From the NCBI RefSeq assembly GCF_000016745.1, contig NC_009483.1, positions 4,500,001-4,532,000 of the forward strand: a DNA stretch of 32,000 nucleotides, written 5' to 3'. Positions within the stretch are counted from its first letter, which is position 1. Every line of letters begins with the position of its first letter. The notes beneath the pieces were generated by a model that was not told the origin of the DNA, did not search any database, and saw nothing but the letters and a program-made list of their open reading frames with translations. The position numbers and the translations under genes were made by a program. Source of the stretch: Geotalea uraniireducens Rf4 (GTDB taxonomy: Bacteria > Desulfobacterota > Desulfuromonadia > Geobacterales > Geobacteraceae). Below are positions 26,108 to 32,000 of the stretch, piece by piece.

Positions 26108-27295
26108 CTAAGCTACATTTGCCAGGGCTACCCTGGTTTCCAGCAATTCAACAAAAGCGCCGACCCGGGTCCTGATCCCTTCGTAATCGGAACCCGCATA
26201 TTCCGTATGAATTTCCAGGACGGCAAAGCCTTCGTTGTTCAGTATCCTTTTTGCTTCGGATGCCTTGAAGGTGAACGGATCGCAATAGCGGAGGGTGTGA
26301 TAGATCACGCCATGGGCGCCGAATTTCCTGGCAAGCGCGGTGCGGGTCGCCAGTCTTCGGTCCGTCTTTGCGTCGAGTATGGGGAGGGCGCCATGGGGAA
26401 AACGGCCGAGATAGGCTTCCGCGATCCCTTTCAGGGTCGGCTCCTTGATGTCCAGCTCGATGGCAGGGGCCAATCCTGACCACAAATCATCGCCGACGAT
26501 CCTCGCCCCGGCCTTTTCGATGATTTCGATCAGCTTGGTGTCGCCGGGTGGGATCACGCTGCCGGAGATGAAGATCCGCGGCTTGTCCCCCAGGTCGTTT
26601 AGTACCGGCTCCCCAACGGCTTCTTTCAGTTCGGCCAACAATTCCTCCAGCAGGGTCAGATACTTGGTTCTGCAGAGGTAATAGCCTGCCTGCACGACAT
26701 TGTAGGTTTCACGCCAGGAAATGGCCGGATTGGTTGCGGCCTGATAGTCGTACAGTTTTCTGACTGCGGCCCTGATGTCGTTGTGCAACTGGACCGACTC
26801 GGCCAGTTTCCCTGCGTCGAGCTTGGTGCCGGCGAATTCTTCCAGTTTTGCGGCGAAATCCGCCACTTCCTTGCGGTAATATTCCACTCCTTCGGGAAGA
26901 TGGAAATTCTTCGGCACGTCGATAAGCAGGGTGTTCACATTGAAATAGTATTTGACCACTTGTGCTGTGCGGAAGGTCTGCAGGCAGGTGGTGTCGAACA
27001 CGACCAGATCCGCGCTCTTGATGTAAGGGTCCGTATTTTCTTCGAAGAGACCAACCGCCTCCCTCAGGAATACGCAATTCTGTGTGGAAAGATAGCGACC
27101 CCCTTTTTCCACCAGGGCCTCGCTACCACCCAGGCCAAGTCTGACCGGGATAAGGCCCAGGGCATGAAATATTTCCACGGGGACGTTGTAGCTGAACCAT
27201 CCGACGACCTTTTTCCCTTTCTGCTTGGCCGCTTCCAGTTGTGCCGGCCTTTCCTTGACAGCATTTTCTATTTTTACCAGTGTGTTAAGCGGCAT
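26108..27295 (-). CDS. 2-hydroxyacyl-CoA dehydratase / benzoyl-CoA reductase family subunit (HgdB / BcrB-BadE-like, HGD-D domain)
   Basis: The ATG at 27295 (MPLNTLVK) is preceded by AAGGAG; the track start at 27328 is a GTG without an RBS. N-terminal KKVVGWFSYNVPVEIFHALGLIPVRL and C-terminal GVIYHTLRYCDPF are typical of HGD-D family subunits. Confidence 0.75.
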   Translation of the reverse strand: MPLNTLVKIENAVKERPAQLEAAKQKGKKVVGWFSYNVPVEIFHALGLIPVRLGLGGSEALVEKGGRYLSTQNCVFLREAVGLFEENTDPYIKSADLVVFDTTCLQTFRTAQVVKYYFNVNTLLIDVPKNFHLPEGVEYYRKEVADFAAKLEEFAGTKLDAGKLAESVQLHNDIRAAVRKLYDYQAATNPAISWRETYNVVQAGYYLCRTKYLTLLEELLAELKEAVGEPVLNDLGDKPRIFISGSVIPPGDTKLIEIIEKAGARIVGDDLWSGLAPAIELDIKEPTLKGIAEAYLGRFPHGALPILDAKTDRRLATRTALARKFGAHGVIYHTLRYCDPFTFKASEAKRILNNEGFAVLEIHTEYAGSDYEGIRTRVGAFVELLETRVALANVA

Positions 27296-27334
27296 TTCTA
27301 ATCTCCTTTTTGGCTTTTTATGTGCCACCCAGCC

Positions 27335-28753
27335 CTATGCGGCTTTCTTGGCTTTACCATTTTTCAGAATCTCGATGAACGATTCAATCCGGTTCTGGGT
27401 CTGCTCGGTGGCTTCGGAGCGGCCAAGCTCGGCAACCTCGATGTTGATGGTCGGAATGCCTGTTTCCTTCTTGACGATGTCCGCCACCAGTCGGGAGGTG
27501 GCCGACTGGTAGTTGCAACCCCAGTTGTAGCCGCATACCACCCCGTCGGCGCCCGATTTCCGCGCCAGGTCGGCGACGTACCGGGCGCGTTCTTCGGCCG
27601 GTTTCTCATAGTTATAGGTGAGCGCCGCTCTGGCCAGATTCACGTATGGGTCATTGCCGGTCTCGTCCACATCCGCGTAAATCTTGCTCAGGTGGTCGTC
27701 GGTGCCGACGAGCAGGCCACCCTTTGCCTCCACGAATTCGCCATTCAAGCCAAAGCAGGAGCCGGATGCCAGCAGCTTCACCGGATCGGAGCTGACGCCG
27801 TGTGCAACCACGGAATTTTTGATCCGTTCCTTGATCTCTACGATAGCCTGCTCCAGGAGCTGGGTCGCTGCCAGGGAATCGCCGGAGGAAAAGCGGCCGG
27901 TAGTGATCAGGCTGCCCAGGTTGGAGCTCTGAACAGGGGGGAGAGCGGCAGACCAGACAAGCTCGGTCACCTCGCGGGCTGCGCGGCGACCCCGGTTTTC
28001 CAGCTTGATCTCGTTCCAGAGATCCTCTTCCGTGGCCTGTTTGCCGCGGATATCGCCGATCTGCTTGATCAACCGGCGGAGCATGTCGGCAAAGTACTCG
28101 ACGGCTGATTCCTTGTCCCCGGTGATCGGATAGTCGATCAGGGTAAAGGGAATACCATTGAATTTATTCCTGTACGCTTCGATGGAAAAACCGATGTCGG
28201 TGCAGCGCAGGTTCAGGTAGGGGGCGATCAGGTCCACCGGTACAATACCTTTGCTGATGGCCGATATGGAGCCGATCGGATTGTTGCAGGCATCGACGGA
28301 TACGGTAATTCTGCCTGCTTCGAGAATTTCATTGGCCACCTGATCCGCTTGACGCAGAGTCAGACCCTCCTTCATGTCCCGCGCCCAGCCTCTCAGCGGC
28401 CCCGGAACAATGGGGATGCCGCCGGCGGCAAAGTAGGGATCAACGGTCTGTCCTCCGGCAACATGGATGATGGGTGTGCCGCTCTCATGGGCCTCCAGCA
28501 GCCGGTCGCGAAAGGAAAGCGCCATGTAGCCCAGCTTGATACCGGTGAAGAACGTGACATCATCGGACAGCCTGCCGTAATAACGGCGGGAGTGGTCGAA
28601 GGCATTGGGAAATCTTTTCGGTGCTTCAATGGTCATGAAATCCCAGATTTCAGCGGCTGAAACATGTTTGCCGTTTTTGAAATCCAGTCCGGGAGTTTTA
28701 ATGAAGTCCGCTTTTAATTCTTCCGGATAATGGAATATGTGGGTACTGCTCAT
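27335..28753 (-). CDS. 2-hydroxyacyl-CoA dehydratase / benzoyl-CoA reductase family subunit (HgdA / BcrC-BadD-like, HGD-D domain)
   Basis: The ATG at 28753 is preceded by GGAGGA; the track start at 28768 is a TTG. About 472 aa. C-terminal ADGVVCGYNWGCNYQS and internal cysteines (VDACNNP, LRCTDIG) fit the family pattern. It is adjacent to the activase. Confidence 0.7.
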   Translation of the reverse strand: MSSTHIFHYPEELKADFIKTPGLDFKNGKHVSAAEIWDFMTIEAPKRFPNAFDHSRRYYGRLSDDVTFFTGIKLGYMALSFRDRLLEAHESGTPIIHVAGGQTVDPYFAAGGIPIVPGPLRGWARDMKEGLTLRQADQVANEILEAGRITVSVDACNNPIGSISAISKGIVPVDLIAPYLNLRCTDIGFSIEAYRNKFNGIPFTLIDYPITGDKESAVEYFADMLRRLIKQIGDIRGKQATEEDLWNEIKLENRGRRAAREVTELVWSAALPPVQSSNLGSLITTGRFSSGDSLAATQLLEQAIVEIKERIKNSVVAHGVSSDPVKLLASGSCFGLNGEFVEAKGGLLVGTDDHLSKIYADVDETGNDPYVNLARAALTYNYEKPAEERARYVADLARKSGADGVVCGYNWGCNYQSATSRLVADIVKKETGIPTINIEVAELGRSEATEQTQNRIESFIEILKNGKAKKAA

Positions 28754-28786
28754 GATCGAATCCTCCAATGTTTGAGTATATGCCCT

Positions 28787-28816
28787 GATAGAAACGCATT
28801 GCGCTCCCGTCTCTGC
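28787..28816. repeat. Degenerate copy of the AGAGACGCATTGCG palindrome, 6 nt after the activase stop
   Basis: GATAGAAACGCATTGCGCTCCCGTCTCTGC versus the reverse complement of 26072-26101, GGTAGAGACGCATTGCGATGCGTCTCTACC. About 24 of 29 positions are shared. Confidence 0.6.
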
Positions 28817-28822
28817 ATGTCT

Positions 28823-29632
28823 TTATGCGGCTTTTCTTGCCTGCTTTGCTTCCAGCTCCTTGGCAAATACCGCAGCACCCAAAGCCCCGACCAGCTGCGG
28901 GTCGAAGTTATCCAGCGTCACTATTTTCGCCTTGAGTACTTCCTCCAGAACTGCTTTCATCCCCTCATTCTTGGCAACCCCGCCGGAGAAGAACAGGTCG
29001 CTCTCGACACCTACGCGGGAGAACATCCCGGCGATCCGGTTGGCGATGGAGTGATGGATCCCCTTGACGATGTTGGCCTTGTTTTCGCCCCGGGCCAGGA
29101 GCGAAATGGTCTCGGATTCGGCAAAGACCGTACAGGTACTGCTGATGGGGACGAATTCCTCGGCTGACAGCGACAGGGGACCCAGCTCTTCCAGCTTCAC
29201 CTGGAAGTTGTTGGCGATGATTTCGAGAAAGCGGCCCGTACCGGCGGCGCACTTGTCGTTCATGTTGAAGTCGATGACGTTGCCGTCCTTGTCCAGGCGG
29301 ATTGCCTTGCAGTCCTGTCCCCCCATTTCCACGATCGTCCGGGTGTTCGGCTTGAGGTGGTGAGCCCCCTTGCCGTGGCAGCTGATCTCGGTGATGATCT
29401 TGGTGGGGATGTTGTCGAAATTGATCGATACCCGGCCGTAGCCGGTACCGACGATGTAGTCGATCTCTTCGTACTTGTGCCCGGACTTCTCCAGCAGTTG
29501 CGAAAGAATCCAGGTCGCCGTTTCCTGCATGTCCAGACCGGTTGCCGTTATGGTCGAGTGAGTCGTCTCGCCGTTCAGAATTACCCCTTTTGCTGTCCTT
29601 GATCCGATGTCGATACCAACCACGATGCTCAT
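28823..29632 (-). CDS. BcrAD/BadFG-type ATPase: activase (archerase) of 2-hydroxyacyl-CoA dehydratase-like enzymes, HgdC-like
   Basis: The ATG at 29632 (MSIVVGIDIGSRTAKG) is preceded by AAGGAG. Acetate/sugar-kinase fold phosphate loops. The conserved cluster-bridging cysteine context NDKCAAGTGRFLE is present, plus a second Cys in EISCHGKGA. Size (269 aa) matches HgdC-type activators. The 71-codon N-terminal extension of the track ORF runs through REP hairpins. Confidence 0.85.
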   Translation of the reverse strand: MSIVVGIDIGSRTAKGVILNGETTHSTITATGLDMQETATWILSQLLEKSGHKYEEIDYIVGTGYGRVSINFDNIPTKIITEISCHGKGAHHLKPNTRTIVEMGGQDCKAIRLDKDGNVIDFNMNDKCAAGTGRFLEIIANNFQVKLEELGPLSLSAEEFVPISSTCTVFAESETISLLARGENKANIVKGIHHSIANRIAGMFSRVGVESDLFFSGGVAKNEGMKAVLEEVLKAKIVTLDNFDPQLVGALGAAVFAKELEAKQARKAA

Positions 29633-29774
29633 GTTATTCTCCTTTTGGTGTTTTGTAGGGTCGGCCTGTGGCCGCCCGGAAATTCCGATTACACGGTTAT
29701 TCCAATTCCAGATCAAGAGTGATATCAAGGCGGCGAGGAATGAGGCGACGAAAGCCCTCACCCGGCCTTTGGCC

Positions 29775-29830
29775 ACCCTCTCCCGGAGGGAGAGGGTAAA
29801 CAGTATTCTCTCTCCCTCTGGGAGAGAGAT
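29775..29830. repeat. Two REP-like hairpins (10-bp stems, 3-nt loops) upstream of the activase gene
   Basis: A-CCCTCTCCC-GGA-GGGAGAGGG-T (29775-29797) and TCTCTCTCCC-TCT-GGGAGAGAGA (29807-29829). Confidence 0.85.
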
Positions 29831-29938
29831 CTGGAGTTTGGACATTTACGTATGTTCCTTTATTAAAAGCTTGACATACATACCCTGTATTTATTAAGAT
29901 GGCGCCTCTGTACAAATTCTCGAATGGAGGATGCCATT

Positions 29939-30265
29939 ATGGAAAAAGAGGAAATCCGCGACATCATTTTAGACACAATGGTAGTTTCCTTGGAAGCGCA
30001 ATTGCGGGCCTTGAAGAAACTTCGGGGTGCTGCCGAGGAAGTGGAGCCCCGCAGCAAAGGTATGTCGCAGATTGACATGGTGCTTAACATACTTAATGCA
30101 GTCGGAAAGCCACTACACATTTCGCAAATCATTGAAGATGTTGAAAAGACTTTTGGAGTAAAGCTGGAGAGGGAGTCTCTCGTCTCTGCTCTTTCAAAAA
30201 AGGTGATGAAGGAGGACCGTTTCATTCGTACCGGCAAAAACACCTTTGCCTTGAAAGGCAGGTGA
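29939..30265 (+). CDS. IS-encoded small protein, putative winged-helix (HARE-HTH-like) DNA-binding protein
   Basis: MSQIDMVLNILNAVGKPLHISQIIEDVEKTFG...EDRFIRTGKNTFALK resembles a winged-helix module. The start at 29939 follows GGAGGA (alternative ATG at 29924). The stop overlaps the transposase ORF. Confidence 0.5.
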   Translation: MEKEEIRDIILDTMVVSLEAQLRALKKLRGAAEEVEPRSKGMSQIDMVLNILNAVGKPLHISQIIEDVEKTFGVKLERESLVSALSKKVMKEDRFIRTGKNTFALKGR

Positions 30266-30270
30266 GGAAT

Positions 30271-31647
30271 ATGCTGAGCGAACAGATGACATCTCTCTTG
30301 CAGGATGCCTGTGCTGGGGCTTTTGTTCAACAGCGAACCCAAATCCGCGCTATGGAGCTTTCTCTTGGAACTTTGTGCGCATTGGGGCGACGGACCCTCT
30401 CCCGTTCCATTTGTGCCGTTGGAAGACAGCATCAGGACTGGAGTGCTGATTACAAGGTGTTTTCCCGTAGCCAGTGGGAGGCCGACCAGTTGTTCTCTCC
30501 GGTCTTGAAAGAGTATTGTACGCGGTACCCTGCGGATCAGCCTGTTTGTGTGGCGTTTGACGATACCAAGCTGGCCAAGAGCGGGCGAAAGATCAAGTCG
30601 GCCTTTTGGCAAAGGGATCCGCTGTCTCCGCCGTTCCATGTCAACTTCCTGTATGGCTTGAGATTTATGCACGCATCCCTGATCTTCCCTCACTACCGGG
30701 ATGGCGATTTCTCCGCTCGCGGATATCCTGTCCGCTTCGTGGAATGCCCAGCGATCAAGAAGCCGGGGAAAAAGGCAACTGATGAAGAGAGGGCGCAATA
30801 CAAGAAGGCGGTGAAGACTCATAATCTCTCGCAGCAGGGACTTGAAATGATCAAGGGGTTGAGAGTCGATCTTGACCGTCTGGGGGAAACAAAGAGGAGA
30901 ATGGTGGTCGCAGTTGATGGCAGTCTCTGTAATCGCACCATCCTCTCCAAACCGCTGGATCGTGTTGAGGTTGTCGGTCGTTGCAGGAAAGATGCGCGGT
31001 TGTGTTTTCCTGCTCCGGCAGGAGGAAGGCGCAAATACAGCGAAGAGCGATTTTCTCCTGAAGGGGTCAGGCAAGATGAGACGATCCCCTGGCAAACCTG
31101 CAGGATTAATTTTGGCGGAGCATGGCGGGATATTCGGTACAAAGAAGTCAATAATGTTCTGTGGCAAAGAGGTGCGAAACTCCGCTCTCTTCGGCTGCTG
31201 GTGGTTGCACCGCAACCGTACAGGACATCGCCAAATGCTAAAAGGAATTATCGTGACCCGGCCTATCTCTTGAGCACTGACATACAAAGTGACTCTCAGA
31301 TGTTGCTGCAAAGTTACTTTGATCGTTGGCAGATAGAGGTCAATCATCGTGAGCAAAAGGATACCATTGGTGTCGGAAACGCTCAGGTCTGGTCTGACAA
31401 GTCTGTCCCACGACAACCGGCATTCGCCGTTGCCAGCTACAGCCTCTTGCTGCTTGCGGGATTGAAAGAATTTGGACCTGGACGTACTCATGACTTTGTT
31501 CCCTTGCCAAAATGGAGAAAAAAAGCAAACAGACCTTCGGCTCTCGACCTGATTACTCTACTCAGAAAGGAGATCAGCGAAGCACCAATTACCGATATTT
31601 TGAAACTTAACATCGCGAAAAATATCATGCCCTACGCATATACTTGA
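30271..31647 (+). CDS. DDE transposase, IS4 superfamily (IS701-like)
   Basis: About 458 aa. The C-terminal YFDRWQIEVNHREQKD matches the Y-x2-R-x3-E-x6-K signature of IS4-type transposases. It lies inside the inverted repeats. First ATG at 30271 (the track uses the GTG at 30262). Confidence 0.75.
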   Translation: MLSEQMTSLLQDACAGAFVQQRTQIRAMELSLGTLCALGRRTLSRSICAVGRQHQDWSADYKVFSRSQWEADQLFSPVLKEYCTRYPADQPVCVAFDDTKLAKSGRKIKSAFWQRDPLSPPFHVNFLYGLRFMHASLIFPHYRDGDFSARGYPVRFVECPAIKKPGKKATDEERAQYKKAVKTHNLSQQGLEMIKGLRVDLDRLGETKRRMVVAVDGSLCNRTILSKPLDRVEVVGRCRKDARLCFPAPAGGRRKYSEERFSPEGVRQDETIPWQTCRINFGGAWRDIRYKEVNNVLWQRGAKLRSLRLLVVAPQPYRTSPNAKRNYRDPAYLLSTDIQSDSQMLLQSYFDRWQIEVNHREQKDTIGVGNAQVWSDKSVPRQPAFAVASYSLLLLAGLKEFGPGRTHDFVPLPKWRKKANRPSALDLITLLRKEISEAPITDILKLNIAKNIMPYAYT

Positions 31648-31670
31648 AACTATATATGTCCAAACTCCAG

Positions 31671-31695
31671 TTCTCTCTCCCTCTGGGAGAGAGAT
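31671..31695. repeat. Right copy of the 25-bp direct repeat (REP-like hairpin) flanking the IS
   Basis: Identical to 29806-29830. Confidence 0.9.
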
Positions 31696-31766
31696 AGAGA
31701 GAGGGGTACGTTGAGGAGCCGAAGACGAGCCAACAAAGATAGCGCCTTGATGTGGAATTGAACGTT

Positions 31767-32000
31767 TCAGATGGCATAGCTGAACAGCTTATCCGCATCC
31801 AGGTGAAACTCCGCCAGCACCTCATCCTTTAGTTTCTGAAAATCATACGATGCCCGATCCCGCGGTCTGGGGAGCTGGACCGGAACGATCTTCCTGATCG
31901 TCCCCGGACGGGACGACATGATAACGATCTTGTCGGATAGATAAATCGCCTCCTCCACGTCATGGGTGACCATGATCATGGTGATGGCTTCTGCTTTCCA
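31767..32000 (-). CDS. ABC transporter ATP-binding protein, NitT/TauT-like, C-terminal part only (continues beyond the window)
   Basis: The frame is open to base 32000. ...AITMIMVTHDVEEAIYLSDKIVIMSSRPGTIRKIV parallels [30 protein letters not shown] of the 25016-25909 ATPase. Confidence 0.8.
   Translation of the reverse strand, partial: WKAEAITMIMVTHDVEEAIYLSDKIVIMSSRPGTIRKIVPVQLPRPRDRASYDFQKLKDEVLAEFHLDADKLFSYAI

Larger units (their letters stand above)
29831..31670 (+). mobile_element. Insertion sequence (1840 bp), IS4/IS701-like DDE transposase plus a small upstream ORF
   Basis: Perfect 15-bp terminal inverted repeats: CTGGAGTTTGGACAT (29831-29845) and ATGTCCAAACTCCAG (31656-31670). It is flanked by a perfect 25-bp direct repeat TTCTCTCTCCCTCTGGGAGAGAGAT (29806-29830 and 31671-31695). 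Confidence 0.8.

Noticed and set aside
29633-29845. 71-codon N-terminal extension of the activase ORF (track start at 29845)
   Set aside because: The extension is translated through the REP-like hairpins and into the IS terminal repeat. The internal ATG at 29632 has a strong AAGGAG RBS, and it begins the conserved MSIVVGIDIGS ATPase N-terminus.
29863-31491. 542-aa ORF antisense to the whole transposase gene
   Set aside because: It is in phase with the transposase codons (both triplet series start at positions congruent to 1 mod 3). It needs only the absence of TTA, CTA and TCA codons in the sense gene. The product is low-complexity (R/S/L/P-rich) with no RBS. Its length is still unusual, so it could be tested by checking conservation of the antisense frame in other IS copies.

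Overview
This looks like a GC-rich bacterial chromosome segment. Gene content and the repeat families suggest Geobacter or another Desulfuromonadales, but that is inference only; I ran no searches. All protein family calls come from motif recognition in the supplied ORF translations.

Left half (1-14.2 kb), core metabolism:
- Thiamine genes: a 5'-truncated thiE/thiD fusion and thiC.
- tRNA-Thr(CGU) with a terminator.
- A DUF3313-type lipoprotein and glycogen phosphorylase.
- A sulfur amino acid block on the minus strand: cysK, then a SAM-I riboswitch controlling two paralogous cystathionine synthase/lyase genes.
- serA and an MFS transporter.

Middle (14.3-18.6 kb), a low-GC mosaic islet:
- Three PIN-toxin type II toxin-antitoxin modules, each with a different antitoxin type.
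- A small secreted Cys-containing protein.
- Decayed fetA/fetB (ybbL/ybbM-like) remnants.

Right half (18.6-32 kb), one long run of minus-strand genes:
- A partial NitT/TauT-type ABC ATPase at the window edge.
- An IS4/IS701-like insertion sequence sitting in a REP-like hairpin.
- An HgdC-like activase plus two HgdA/HgdB-like (BcrC/BcrB-like) subunits.
- NitT/TauT-type ATPase, permease and binding protein.
- A heterodimeric ABC exporter with one degenerate ATP site, followed by a translationally coupled Cys-rich 120-aa protein.

The best candidate for an undescribed system is the activase plus two-subunit radical dehydratase/reductase-like module. It sits inside importer genes, and no CoA-transferase or CoA-ligase gene is visible in the window.

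Several non-coding repeat families also stand out: double-hairpin REP/MITE-like elements, intercistronic palindromes, phased heptamer arrays, CACTAAG inverted iterons, and a 36-nt direct repeat bracketing the islet. No rRNA genes and no CRISPR array were seen.
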